A stretch of DNA of 64,000 nt. Source: a virus. Positions 11,291-21,570 of this stretch are shown here, piece by piece. A program made the translations under genes and the position numbers. Each line of letters begins with the position of its first letter. Position 1 is the first letter of the stretch. The notes beneath the pieces are model-generated. The model searched no databases. It had not been told where the DNA came from and saw nothing but the letters and a program-made list of their open reading frames with translations. Location: positions 46,387 to 110,386 of the IMG/VR virus record IMGVR_UViG_3300033056_000008; one strand, given 5' to 3'.

Positions 11291-12769
11291 CTAAATAGTT
11301 AATGGTTGTTTATCCTCAATTTCCTGTATCTGATCCAACAACTCTTTCAATCTATCGATTACTAAGCCATTTACATTAGTGATTAACCATGGACATTCAT
11401 TTCTATCTCTTTCCCACATTTCCTTAATAGCTTCACATTCTTCGTCACTTATTAACTTCAACACAGGAAGACCTTCGAGTTGTCTTAGCCTATTCACTTC
11501 AATTTCAGTATGTATTAATTCTTCATATAAAAATTCTCTAGCTTCTACCGTAACTGTTCCTTTATTCTTATGTATTACTCCATATTTATCAGTGTAAAGT
11601 TTACCGTTTCTTTTATGTCCTGACTTGGTTATGAACTTTATCTGTTCATTTACTGCAGCCACTTGCTTTAGTACATGACTTCTTGCTTTTCTATTTTGTC
11701 CTTTAGGTTTGAAAGGTTTATAGTCTCCCATTACTTTAAGCTGCATCATTCTGTAGTTTGTTAAAGGAGTCATCCATTGATTACTCTTAGACATCTCTTC
11801 AGTTGATCTATCTTTTAGTATTACAGGACAAGTCCAGCAACCAAACCTTGCTCCGCATGATTCTGATTGAGATGCCTTTGCTTCAGTCCCTTTAGGATTG
11901 GTGAATCCACACTCTCCTGTAGCATCCCTGTATAATTTCCTAACATCATGTGTAGATGACCAAGCTAACCTTTCTCTTTGTAAATACTCCCAAACATCTT
12001 CTATTGTGAAATCAACAATAGGCATAAATGTATTGGAAGATTTAATATGCACATGGTCTCCAATTTTCTTATTTAAATCATCATTATCAGACCACTTCTT
12101 TATCGAAGCTTTACGTTTAGCACTTTCACTTAGCCTAACGCCAATTAGAATAAATGAAGGGTTAATCTCTAACAGTTTTTCATTTTGTGGCTTCAGCTTT
12201 AAACGATCTGTACACCATCTACCAGCTCCATTGTTTTGTGGTAAAAAATATCCTCTACCTAATATCAAATAAAAGTATGAATTCTTGAGTGGTCGTTTTA
12301 CAATCTCTGCTGATATTGGTAAATCAGTGTTCATAATAAATTCATGAAACTTATCTACCTGACTGTGCATATATTCCTCAAGGTTAGGATTCTCAACAAC
12401 TGTATCGGACATAATTACATATACATGCCTTTTTCTTTCTTCTGGTTTGAGTTCCTGTAGCATATCAACAACTAAACCTAGAACAGTAGTTGAGTCTTTC
12501 CCACCTGACCACGCAATTGCCCATGGTCGTTCATCATCTTTATTTAGGTACAGTTTTTTTAGATCTCTCTTGATTTCTAAGATTAATTCTTCAAATGATT
12601 TCTTTAAGTTTTCAATTTCAGTATGTAAATCCTCTATTTTAATTTCCATCTTAGTTAACTCATTGCTATCTTCAATTACTTTCTTATCTTCCTCAAATTG
12701 AGTTATATCCTTTTCAATTGCCTTTATATTATGTAAGTTTCTTTGCCAGCGCTTATTCAACCTTTTCAC
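11291..12769 (-). CDS. PAPS-reductase family, DndC-like PP-loop/Fe-S protein
   Basis: AWSGGKDST PP-loop, SDTVVENP, RWCTDRLKLKP, IGVRLSES, CGARFGCWTC cluster motif; N-terminal coiled coil. Confidence 0.85.
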   Translation of the reverse strand: MKRLNKRWQRNLHNIKAIEKDITQFEEDKKVIEDSNELTKMEIKIEDLHTEIENLKKSFEELILEIKRDLKKLYLNKDDERPWAIAWSGGKDSTTVLGLVVDMLQELKPEERKRHVYVIMSDTVVENPNLEEYMHSQVDKFHEFIMNTDLPISAEIVKRPLKNSYFYLILGRGYFLPQNNGAGRWCTDRLKLKPQNEKLLEINPSFILIGVRLSESAKRKASIKKWSDNDDLNKKIGDHVHIKSSNTFMPIVDFTIEDVWEYLQRERLAWSSTHDVRKLYRDATGECGFTNPKGTEAKASQSESCGARFGCWTCPVILKDRSTEEMSKSNQWMTPLTNYRMMQLKVMGDYKPFKPKGQNRKARSHVLKQVAAVNEQIKFITKSGHKRNGKLYTDKYGVIHKNKGTVTVEAREFLYEELIHTEIEVNRLRQLEGLPVLKLISDEECEAIKEMWERDRNECPWLITNVNGLVIDRLKELLDQIQEIEDKQPLTI

Positions 12770-12920
12770 CTTCGGTTTCTAATATGTATGTGCATTTGTT
12801 TTTAAAGTCCACGACCACTTTAACTGCATCATTATCCCAATTTGCAATATCCAGAGAATCATATTGACAATTAACCTTTTGTATTAATTTATTTCTTTTA
12901 TCGAATAATTTCCATTCCAA
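12753..12920 (-). CDS. 55-aa hypothetical protein (not in ORF track)
   Basis: TTG start behind AAGGTGATG; MEWKLFDKRNKL...EGEKVE; fills the gap between neighbours. Confidence 0.5.
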   Translation of the reverse strand: MEWKLFDKRNKLIQKVNCQYDSLDIANWDNDAVKVVVDFKNKCTYILETEGEKVE

Positions 12921-12921
12921 T

Positions 12922-13290
12922 TCACATCACCTTCTTTAAAAACTTAGTGAGTCTTATTACCCCATCTTCTAAGTTAGAATATAGATATAGTGAATTACAC
13001 GCAAAGAATGGGTCTATATAACTCTTTTCCCAAACGGTGATAATTGGAATGCTGTTTTCACTTGCTACTGCACACTCCCACGCAGCTCCTAGTGGCATAG
13101 GATTTGTTTGTTCAATGTAGCAAAAAACTAAATCACAATTTCTAATAGCTGTTAAATCATCTTCAACAAATCTAATTGCTGAAACATTTTGCTGTGAATG
13201 CTCTCTGGGATCGAAATAACTAACTCCTTCAATCTTAGGCATGTTATCTTGCCATCCAGTATACATTCCACCTGATAAATAAATCTTCAT
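12922..13290 (-). CDS. Nucleoside 2-deoxyribosyltransferase / RCL-like nucleotide N-glycosidase
   Basis: IYLSG, FDPR, DDLTAIRNCDLV, GAAWECAVA, IPII; start at ATG 13290 behind GAAAGGA. Confidence 0.75.
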   Translation of the reverse strand: MKIYLSGGMYTGWQDNMPKIEGVSYFDPREHSQQNVSAIRFVEDDLTAIRNCDLVFCYIEQTNPMPLGAAWECAVASENSIPIITVWEKSYIDPFFACNSLYLYSNLEDGVIRLTKFLKKVM

Positions 13291-13322
13291 TTCAATCATC
13301 CTTTCAATATAAAAGTGCTGTT

Positions 13323-13565
13323 TTATTTGACTTCTTGTTTCTTTCCTAATACTAAATTTCTGATAACTGAGTACACATAGCACATGAATAGATACAGTAA
13401 TGCAGTGAATAGAATCGCACTGCCTTTCTCTACAACAATTTTCAGTAACTCATTTCGCAAGATACTCACATGAAACAAAAATCCATTTGTGAAAGCAGCT
13501 AATAGAACAAAAGTAACCTCTTGATACCATCTCAATCCCATACTGTTATAAAAAGTTTTAAACAA
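13323..13565 (-). CDS. Small membrane protein
   Basis: Two hydrophobic helices. Confidence 0.6.
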   Translation of the reverse strand: MFKTFYNSMGLRWYQEVTFVLLAAFTNGFLFHVSILRNELLKIVVEKGSAILFTALLYLFMCYVYSVIRNLVLGKKQEVK

Positions 13566-13602
13566 GGTATCACCACCTTTTTTGTCTTTTAATTAATTTA
13601 TT

Positions 13603-14118
13603 TTATTTATTAGTCATATCAACTCCGATAATTGAATAACCAGTTAGATCCCTGTAGGGAGATTCGCTATCGCCATCCCCTGAAGGATTATTAAATATTC
13701 TATTTTGCTTATCCATCATCCTAACAGTAAGCAGCATATGTTGAATTAAATCACCAGGTATCGTGTATGTATTTTCATCTGTTTTGTATCTCTCCATTAG
13801 CACCAACATCATCTGGTATGTAGCATCCACTGAAGATCCATATTGCTTATTCTTTTCATCTGTAAACTTCCCAAGTTCTAATCCAATCTGACCAAACTTC
13901 CCTAGTTCTTCTGCCATCTGCACATCTCCCAATCTATCTAACTCAGATTCTCTAACTTTAAACTTATTTCCTGATTCATCTCGTACTATGTACTCGTATT
14001 TCCCTGTTGATAATCGTTCATGTATATGTACTGTCTTTCCAACATCATCTGGTAAATATAGTTTGGCTGATTCATTAACGATTAACGGCATATCTAATTC
14101 ATACAACCATCTTTTCAC
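13603..14118 (-). CDS. Protein with C-terminal DUF1599/Nmad1-like helical domain
   Basis: EKNKQYGSS...RMMDKQNRI...ESPYRDLTGYSIIG resembles the KNxDYG...DKxxR...DTxxDLxxY pattern. Confidence 0.6.
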   Translation of the reverse strand: MKRWLYELDMPLIVNESAKLYLPDDVGKTVHIHERLSTGKYEYIVRDESGNKFKVRESELDRLGDVQMAEELGKFGQIGLELGKFTDEKNKQYGSSVDATYQMMLVLMERYKTDENTYTIPGDLIQHMLLTVRMMDKQNRIFNNPSGDGDSESPYRDLTGYSIIGVDMTNK

Positions 14119-14121
14119 TAA

Positions 14122-14817
14122 TCATCCTTTCCCCTCTCTTATTATAGTGACCTTAGCTTTCTGCCTACCAAACTGTATAGCCTCTGATTCACTTGCTACC
14201 AGGAAATCAACAATATCGTTTTTTATTGCTCCACCTGTATCTAAACTAATTGCCTTTATCTTTCTTCCGCTATTCAAGCTTATTTCTACAATTGAATACA
14301 AAGGAATGACTGATGGATCAGTTGCTATAATATTATATCCCTGATAATACACTGTAGATGATACGTCATATCCCGTCTTAGTAATACCTGAACATCCTTC
14401 TGTACATAATGGTTGATAAGCTGTTACAGTCATATCGAGTGTCTTTGAGCTTACCGAGGGTAACACCTGTTTCTCAGCATTCTCTAACTGCTGCTCAAGT
14501 TTATCAATCTGTGACTCTTGCTTCTTAATTTTTTTATCTTTCGTCGTAACTTCTTCAGTAAGTTTCTTCACATCTGTAATTGATGTATTTAACTCACCTT
14601 GTAAATCTTCAGCTTTCAAATTACTTTCAATTAATTTATTTTCTAACTTACTGCTAACTTCTAATTGTGCCTTGATCTCTTGCTTATATGTATCTCTGTC
14701 TTTACTGTATGTATGGTACTGATAACCATTTAGTGCCACCAGAGCTGCAACACCTGCTGTAATTAGTTTAGTTTTCTTCATAATGAATGCCCTTCGTGGA
14801 TAGAAGAGCTTCATCAC
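14122..14817 (-). CDS. Secreted coiled-coil plus 3D-domain protein (YorM-like)
   Basis: Signal/anchor, coiled coil, TVTAY...IATDPSVIPLYS...DTGGAIK..IVDFL. Confidence 0.88.
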   Translation of the reverse strand: MMKLFYPRRAFIMKKTKLITAGVAALVALNGYQYHTYSKDRDTYKQEIKAQLEVSSKLENKLIESNLKAEDLQGELNTSITDVKKLTEEVTTKDKKIKKQESQIDKLEQQLENAEKQVLPSVSSKTLDMTVTAYQPLCTEGCSGITKTGYDVSSTVYYQGYNIIATDPSVIPLYSIVEISLNSGRKIKAISLDTGGAIKNDIVDFLVASESEAIQFGRQKAKVTIIREGKG

Positions 14818-14956
14818 CTCGCCTTCTAAATTAATTAACTATTACAATTTATTTCCTATTTCCTGTTATTAATATATCATAAATTTACCTAAAAAGATAC
14901 TATTTAATTAATTTATTTTAAATTAATTTTGTGATCTAATTTTGAAGTTATTAGAA

Positions 14957-17260
14957 TTAAGCTGCTGGCAGTTGTACTTCTGCATCTTTCTTATCAGCCC
15001 AAGTGGTTTCTGTAAGCTCAAGATCAACAACTACTGGAACTTGCATCCAATCTACGTCCTCCATAATTTGTTTAATATGAGGGAAAATCCACTCTTCACC
15101 TTCATAAACAAGGAATTGTAGTTCATCATGTATGTTAGCTAAAAATTTAGTTTTACAGTTATTTTTCTCCAGAAACTCCCCGATTTTAACAACATAGTCT
15201 TTCAAGCAATCTGCACAAGAACCTTGAACTAGATAATTCCCAACCTTATATGCTTTTTCTGTATTAGTTAGGTAATAAACCCTCCCATACATGTTAGTCG
15301 CATAGTTATTCTTTTGGACTTTATTACTTACCTGTCTTTGATAATACGATACCTCAGGGAATGTATTAGACCACCCAGACACTAGGGCGTTAGCAATTTC
15401 CATAGATACCTCTAAAGCTTCGGATGCTTTCTTTGCACCCCCACCGTAGTTACGCATGAAATTAAACATTTTCCCTATGTATCTCCAAAACTTCTTAAAT
15501 GATTTCTCATCTACCGGAGTTTCCTTGTCGTGCTGATATTGCTTATATTTGCTTTCACATAAATAATTTAATGCCATTAACGTATTATGAGAAGTTTCAC
15601 TATGTACATCAGTAGGTGTCCAATAATCTCCATTCTCTAATAACCATACGGAATTACCTTCTGGCGTTTTCTCTGACCATCTCATACGGTCTTTCTTAGT
15701 ATCAAACTGATACTCTTCGCCAGTTATGTAGTGTTTACATTTGAAAGGCATATAAGCTCTGCAGAGATTTAAATCAGGTTTACCAAGTAATACTGTATAA
15801 TTAGCCTGTGCCCTCAATTCAATTTGAGATAAGTCAAAGTACGCAATCTTACTGTACTTTCCTCCTTCTACAATAAAGGCTCTCCTAGGAGAAAATATTT
15901 CTAGTTCAACCGGTGCTTTCCCTTCACCATGTTCTCTTTCGTATTTTTCTCCTTCTTCAGTAAGAATTCTTTCCTTTGGAAACTGCTGTGCATCTGATCC
16001 AAGACGACCTGATACAGTATTGAATTGACCGTATTGAGTATAGAATTTCCCATCGTATTCAGCTACTTCTATAATACGAGAGATATACGTAGACTGCCAT
16101 TTTTCTAGCCTTCTCAGCCTTGTAATAAGTTGTGAAACTCGATTATCTTTGTGTTTCTTTAAGAAAGATTTATCAGTAGTACTCGGTCTCTCTCCAAGAA
16201 GACTTTCAAAGTAATCCCCAATAATTTTATCTTGCGAAACGGTAAAGTTCTCGCCAACAGTCTCCCACAACTCCTCATATAACTTTTGGATTTCGCTATC
16301 ACATTTATCGAAACAGTCCTTTAGGTATTCCATATTTACCTTCATACCGGTTCTTTCCATCTTAAGTAGTTCGATTATCAATTTATTTTCTCTTTCAAAT
16401 AATTGTTTTTGTTTCCTTTTTAATACTGTTGGATAAAACATTTCTACAATCTCTAATGTGTAGATACCGTCACCGTGCACATACTCCATCATGATATTTC
16501 TATCTACCTCAGAATAATCAGCAAAAGGATTTTCTTCCATCCATTTAAAGTATAATTGCTCTACTTCTACAGGAACTTTTAGCCATCTTTGCTTACGCTC
16601 CTTAGTAAAAAAATCCATATCATTTCGTGATTTAATTTTATAGGCTTTTTTTATCATGCCTATTCCCCAGCCAATTTCCTTATATGGTTTAAGGAGTTCT
16701 TTTAATAACAAACGTTTCTTATCGTTTATTTTTCGTAATTCCTTTTTAACTTCTTTTTCAAATTCGGCTGCTCTTGGATCAATATACTTCTCTGCTACTT
16801 TCTTAAGTCCAAGGAAGTCTCCGCCGTCCCTAGCTGACACCGCATCAAATGACATTCTGCAAATACCCATAGTGTCAGCGATATTCTTTAGTCTATAAAC
16901 CTTCTCTTTTTCAACTCCTCCGTTTATTACCATATGTAAATCGTACTTAACGTTATGTCCTACAACCATTTGTATACTTTTAGACAGATCGATAACCTTA
17001 TTTAAGAATTCCACATTATGTTCAAATGCAAATACTTTTCCTTTGATTCCATCTTGCCGTTTATTTTTTGGAAGTAACCAACCAAAAACCCACATAAAAG
17101 GACGATCTTTTATTATATGTAATCCCGTTGTCTCAGAGTCAAAGACTGCTAGTTTAGGAGTATCTTGTTCAAACATAGTTTTAATTTCTTCAAAATCATT
17201 CGTCCAGTATTTCTTATATCTTTCTGTAACTTCCGTTTCTAATTTAGGAGTTACTAGCAT
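14957..17260 (-). CDS. Family A DNA polymerase with 3'-5' exonuclease
   Basis: FDSETTG (ExoI), GHNVKYDL (ExoII), DLSQIELR (motif A), RYIGKMFNFMRNYG (motif B), IHDEL (motif C). Confidence 0.93.
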   Translation of the reverse strand: MLVTPKLETEVTERYKKYWTNDFEEIKTMFEQDTPKLAVFDSETTGLHIIKDRPFMWVFGWLLPKNKRQDGIKGKVFAFEHNVEFLNKVIDLSKSIQMVVGHNVKYDLHMVINGGVEKEKVYRLKNIADTMGICRMSFDAVSARDGGDFLGLKKVAEKYIDPRAAEFEKEVKKELRKINDKKRLLLKELLKPYKEIGWGIGMIKKAYKIKSRNDMDFFTKERKQRWLKVPVEVEQLYFKWMEENPFADYSEVDRNIMMEYVHGDGIYTLEIVEMFYPTVLKRKQKQLFERENKLIIELLKMERTGMKVNMEYLKDCFDKCDSEIQKLYEELWETVGENFTVSQDKIIGDYFESLLGERPSTTDKSFLKKHKDNRVSQLITRLRRLEKWQSTYISRIIEVAEYDGKFYTQYGQFNTVSGRLGSDAQQFPKERILTEEGEKYEREHGEGKAPVELEIFSPRRAFIVEGGKYSKIAYFDLSQIELRAQANYTVLLGKPDLNLCRAYMPFKCKHYITGEEYQFDTKKDRMRWSEKTPEGNSVWLLENGDYWTPTDVHSETSHNTLMALNYLCESKYKQYQHDKETPVDEKSFKKFWRYIGKMFNFMRNYGGGAKKASEALEVSMEIANALVSGWSNTFPEVSYYQRQVSNKVQKNNYATNMYGRVYYLTNTEKAYKVGNYLVQGSCADCLKDYVVKIGEFLEKNNCKTKFLANIHDELQFLVYEGEEWIFPHIKQIMEDVDWMQVPVVVDLELTETTWADKKDAEVQLPAA

Positions 17261-17276
17261 CTACATCACCGTCTTT

Positions 17277-18956
17277 CTAAAAGTACATTAGGTCAGTTAT
17301 TTCGTATTCTATGATATCAATTTGTGGAGTTTTGTTTCCCTCCCATTCATTTACCTGGCATTTACCTAATATATCTAAGTAAATTGTTTCACCTTCATTA
17401 AAGTCTCTATAAAAGTCCTCTTCTTTGAAAAACTGTTTTATAAAGTCAACCCCGTTATAATGAAATTTAAGTAGTTTTCTTTTCTTTCCAAGCAATTGAA
17501 CTGAAGATACCGGAATAGGGATATCTTTAATGGCGATTTTAGGTTCGTTTAATGTCGATCCCCATTCATCTTTATATTCTGCAATCTTTAACACCGTATC
17601 TCTTTTTACATACTCTTCGAAAAGCAAATCCACATTCTTACTATCAGTTTGAATTATTTTAAGTGACTCGTCATTCTTTATAACCTCCTCTAACTTGTTC
17701 AGATTCTTTTCTTCAATCTCTACTCCAAATGCGTTTCCGTGCCCTTCACAAAATACAAAAAGACCTGTATTAGTTAAATATTCTTTAAAGTCCTCTACTA
17801 CTTTTTCTTGTCCTCTAGCAGATCCAGCAAGGAAACCAGGTTCCCTTTCCCTTAGTAAAATTACTGGTCTTTTATACTTATCTGCTAATTGGTTAGCGAC
17901 CAAGCCAGTTAAATTTTTATCAACCGCATCAGTTATATTTAATATTAAAACTTTTTTATCTAACTTATCCTGAATTTTGTCTAACAGCACCTCAGTACCA
18001 GAAGCTTTTAATTTATTTTGCTTATTTCTTAGATTATATAAAGTTCTTGCAATCGATGTATGTAACGACTCGTAACATTTTCCTCTTTTATAATAAACTT
18101 CTTCATCTTGTTCAAGAAAAGATCTCATCATGCCTTCTTTTTCTTTATATGTACCAACTCTAATTCCTGCGTTTATTAGTGGGACTATGTAAAAAGCTGC
18201 TCCTATGATATTTACTTTCCCATTTAAAGAGTACTCTTGCTTATCTATTAGAGCTTCTAATAACGGATTTTTAATTTGCTGTAATCCTTGTTTAACCAGA
18301 TACCTAGTTTCTAATTCTCTGAGATCAATCATGTCTCCAATATTGCCGAATGCAACTAAATCTAAAAAGTCATCAGCATATGAAGTATTTAACTTATCAT
18401 CTAAAGCTTTACAAAATTTATATACAATTCCTGCACCGGAGAAATTTTTATTTAAGTATTCAGGTGATAATTGATTATTAACTACTATTGCATGTTTAGA
18501 TTCCTTTTCGCACTCATGGTGATCAAGTACAATTACGTCTATGCCTTTATCGAATAGTTGTCTATGCTCTTCGTATTGATTAGATCCAGCATCTGGAATT
18601 ATCACTAATTTTGCGGATTCAGGAACATCCTTTAACTGAACACCATGTCCTTTACCCTCTTGTAATTTCCAAGTGATTTTTATACCTGGGAATACACGAT
18701 ATAGATAGTTAATTAACGTTGCTGCTGCGCTATACCCATCAATATCAGAGTCGACTTGGACGAATACTTCACTGTCATCTTCTACATGTTGTAAAAGACA
18801 TGTTACTGCTTTTTCGATATTTCTAAGTGCATTATAGGATATTAGATAACTGTCGTCACATGTCAAAAGTGAAAATGTATCGTCTATACCTCTATTTCTA
18901 AAGATTGTTTCTATAGGATTATGAATATCATTCTCTCCTAACAAGGTAAAATCCAC
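17277..18956 (-). CDS. RecJ-like DHH/DHHA1 ssDNA exonuclease (YorK-like)
   Basis: DSDIDG, PDAGSN, LDHH, GSAR, GH motifs. Confidence 0.92.
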   Translation of the reverse strand: MDFTLLGENDIHNPIETIFRNRGIDDTFSLLTCDDSYLISYNALRNIEKAVTCLLQHVEDDSEVFVQVDSDIDGYSAAATLINYLYRVFPGIKITWKLQEGKGHGVQLKDVPESAKLVIIPDAGSNQYEEHRQLFDKGIDVIVLDHHECEKESKHAIVVNNQLSPEYLNKNFSGAGIVYKFCKALDDKLNTSYADDFLDLVAFGNIGDMIDLRELETRYLVKQGLQQIKNPLLEALIDKQEYSLNGKVNIIGAAFYIVPLINAGIRVGTYKEKEGMMRSFLEQDEEVYYKRGKCYESLHTSIARTLYNLRNKQNKLKASGTEVLLDKIQDKLDKKVLILNITDAVDKNLTGLVANQLADKYKRPVILLREREPGFLAGSARGQEKVVEDFKEYLTNTGLFVFCEGHGNAFGVEIEEKNLNKLEEVIKNDESLKIIQTDSKNVDLLFEEYVKRDTVLKIAEYKDEWGSTLNEPKIAIKDIPIPVSSVQLLGKKRKLLKFHYNGVDFIKQFFKEEDFYRDFNEGETIYLDILGKCQVNEWEGNKTPQIDIIEYEITDLMYF

Positions 18957-18972
18957 TCAATCCCCTCCTTTA

Positions 18973-20037
18973 TTAATTAATTTTATATTGGTGTTCACTG
19001 TATAAACACTCCCATGTTTCTCGACCTCGATCAGTTGGAGAATCCTTATCTTCTAAAATATTTTCTGAATCATAAATGGAATAACGTAATCGCCCTTTTA
19101 ACTTATTTATTTCATCATATATAAATTTTGTATCTTTATCTTTATCCCAAACGAATATGTATTTTGTTTCTAATCCTAGTTCTTTAAGTAACTGTATTTG
19201 ACTCTCAGTAAGGATATCTCCTTCTATACTTATTGCATTCTTATATCCCCATTGATTTAAATACCAAGTTGTTTTGGCTCCTTCTACTATAATTACTTCT
19301 TTTTTCTCTTTTATATAAGGTAAAGCCCTATGTAAGTTATAAAATTCAATTGATTTATTACACGGTATAACATATAGATATTTATATTTATTTTCAATAT
19401 CCTCGTTACTCCCACAGTATCTGCCCTTATAACCGATCAATTCACCGTTCTTATTATGTATTGGAAACACTATTCTTTCGCTCGGTACATCAATGCTGAC
19501 ACTAAATTCTTTTTGCGTCCTTAATGTTAAACCTTCATCTAACCATTTCTTATAGGGCACAACACCGTAATGATCTAAATAGCTATCTGATATTACCTTG
19601 TTTATTTCGTATATGTATGGCGACTTCTTACCATTTAACTTCTTAAGCCAATGATTATAATTTGTTTCCTCTTCTTGCTTATCCGACGTTACTCTATAAA
19701 ATTCATCTATGTATTCAAAGTAATTGAATTTATTACAAACCCAATATTTGCTTTTAGCTAGTAAACTTTTTCTTTTTTCGTCTGTATCTCCCTCAAACTT
19801 TATATAAGAAATAATATCAAAGATACTGCCTGATATACCTTTACTCCTTATAGCTGAAGATAGCGTTGGATTGTTCTTAATTTGCACGGATCTTGGATTA
19901 TCACCATCTGGCAAGCCTGCAACGATTAACTGTCCTCTTTGTTCTTCTTCAATACCCCAGCAGCCCAGCTCTATAAGTAATTCGTCTATTTTATCCTCTT
20001 TATACAGTCTCTCTTTAATCGCTTCTAATTCTGACAT
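18973..20037 (-). CDS. DNA primase (TOPRIM; YorJ-like)
   Basis: IVFPIHN..G..IGYKGR, IIVEG, WDKD; next to the helicase. Confidence 0.88.
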   Translation of the reverse strand: MSELEAIKERLYKEDKIDELLIELGCWGIEEEQRGQLIVAGLPDGDNPRSVQIKNNPTLSSAIRSKGISGSIFDIISYIKFEGDTDEKRKSLLAKSKYWVCNKFNYFEYIDEFYRVTSDKQEEETNYNHWLKKLNGKKSPYIYEINKVISDSYLDHYGVVPYKKWLDEGLTLRTQKEFSVSIDVPSERIVFPIHNKNGELIGYKGRYCGSNEDIENKYKYLYVIPCNKSIEFYNLHRALPYIKEKKEVIIVEGAKTTWYLNQWGYKNAISIEGDILTESQIQLLKELGLETKYIFVWDKDKDTKFIYDEINKLKGRLRYSIYDSENILEDKDSPTDRGRETWECLYSEHQYKIN

Positions 20038-20052
20038 TAGCTATTCCCCTTT

Positions 20053-21561
20053 TTAATATGCACCACCTATTCTAGGAACCTTCACGAAAGCTACTTCTTC
20101 AAAAGCATTAATACTGTAGTTTGCTTCATAAATAATTTGTTCCTCTTCAGAACCAAAACGGTTTTTACTTAAAAACAAAACTAAATATGTTTTCTTTGGA
20201 TCTAATGTATAGGGAACTTCAATCCATTCGCCAGTAAGCTCATCTTTTTCCCAGTTGTACGGTTCTAATGCAAACTTACCTTTTCCAGGATATTCGTCAT
20301 CAAACAACAGCCTACCCATCATTACAACTGCAGCTACTTCATTGATCTCCATACTTTTTCCTGTTGCTTCTAAATCTAAGAATCTAGTTTCTTTTCCTAG
20401 TTTTAACTGTACAGTAGCAAGAGTTCCTACATTGTAGTTATCCTCTTTAATCAAATCGTGGAGTTCTTGAGCTGAGTTAGAGAATGCCTCCCAACGTGCC
20501 ATATCTTTAGAAGATCTATCTGGTTTAAATGTATCAATAATTAATTTAGAATAACCCTTTGGTCTATATAACTCTACTCTGCTTAAGATATCTTCAACAC
20601 GGTATTTTTTAAGCTCTAACGTCTTAATCAAACCTTTACCGTGCTTATTAGCCCAATCTCTCGCAGCATATAATTTATTTAGAACTTCTTGAGTAAAGTT
20701 ACCTTCATACATTTTTTCACGGTTGACTGGTTTTTTTAATATTTTAGAAGAAATTGTAGCTAGCAGTAATTGCCGCCATTTCTTTACACTCTCTTCATTG
20801 ATTGCTAGGATTGCTTTTTCTTGATTTTCAAACAGTCCAAGTATGAATTTTTCCATCGCTATCGAACTTTTACCTACACCAGAAGATAATACTAGGTAAT
20901 ATAACGAACCGTCTTTCCATCCTTTTATCTTCCTATTTAGTCTTGGAGCGTCATGCAAAGGCGATCCCATTGCTTCACCCGAGTTCAAGTCATCTATTGT
21001 GGCATCTAAGTCATCGACCAAATCATGTTCTATTACGTCTCCTGAATTAACATGCGCAAATGCTTCCTTATGCTTAAATTGAAAATAAGTTTGTAACTGT
21101 CTGAGTGTCATTTGAGTCAATTTGTTTATCAATTCTTTATTAGAAGTATCCAACAATGACTCAGACTGATATTTACGAAGAGTTTCGTATTTTTGAACTT
21201 CGTTAATATGAAATTCATCATTATTTATTTGGTCTTTTTTACACTCAATCATGATTTCTTCTATGGTTTGATATCCACCAAAACCATTATAAGCGTCTAT
21301 GTAACTCTTCTTTCCATTTTCTTTAGGTCTTGAGACAATAAATGAGTATACAGTTTTATCATCAAACTCTCTTATCCCATTTTCGAACATTTGTTGTCCT
21401 ACAGTGTAATAGAAATACCAGACTGATTCAGTGAATGTCTCGCTCCCTATCTTATGAGTTCTGTATTTTTGATACAGGCTTGGATTAGCCCATAAATAAC
21501 CTGTAAAAAGCGATTCGTGTATATAAGAAGGATCAACGAATTCTTTTATATATTTTGTCAT
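20053..21561 (-). CDS. DnaB-like replicative helicase (YorI-like)
   Basis: SSGVGKS Walker A, IIDTF Walker B, KNRFG arginine finger. Confidence 0.9.
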   Translation of the reverse strand: MTKYIKEFVDPSYIHESLFTGYLWANPSLYQKYRTHKIGSETFTESVWYFYYTVGQQMFENGIREFDDKTVYSFIVSRPKENGKKSYIDAYNGFGGYQTIEEIMIECKKDQINNDEFHINEVQKYETLRKYQSESLLDTSNKELINKLTQMTLRQLQTYFQFKHKEAFAHVNSGDVIEHDLVDDLDATIDDLNSGEAMGSPLHDAPRLNRKIKGWKDGSLYYLVLSSGVGKSSIAMEKFILGLFENQEKAILAINEESVKKWRQLLLATISSKILKKPVNREKMYEGNFTQEVLNKLYAARDWANKHGKGLIKTLELKKYRVEDILSRVELYRPKGYSKLIIDTFKPDRSSKDMARWEAFSNSAQELHDLIKEDNYNVGTLATVQLKLGKETRFLDLEATGKSMEINEVAAVVMMGRLLFDDEYPGKGKFALEPYNWEKDELTGEWIEVPYTLDPKKTYLVLFLSKNRFGSEEEQIIYEANYSINAFEEVAFVKVPRIGGAY

Positions 21562-21570
21562 ACTATCCTC

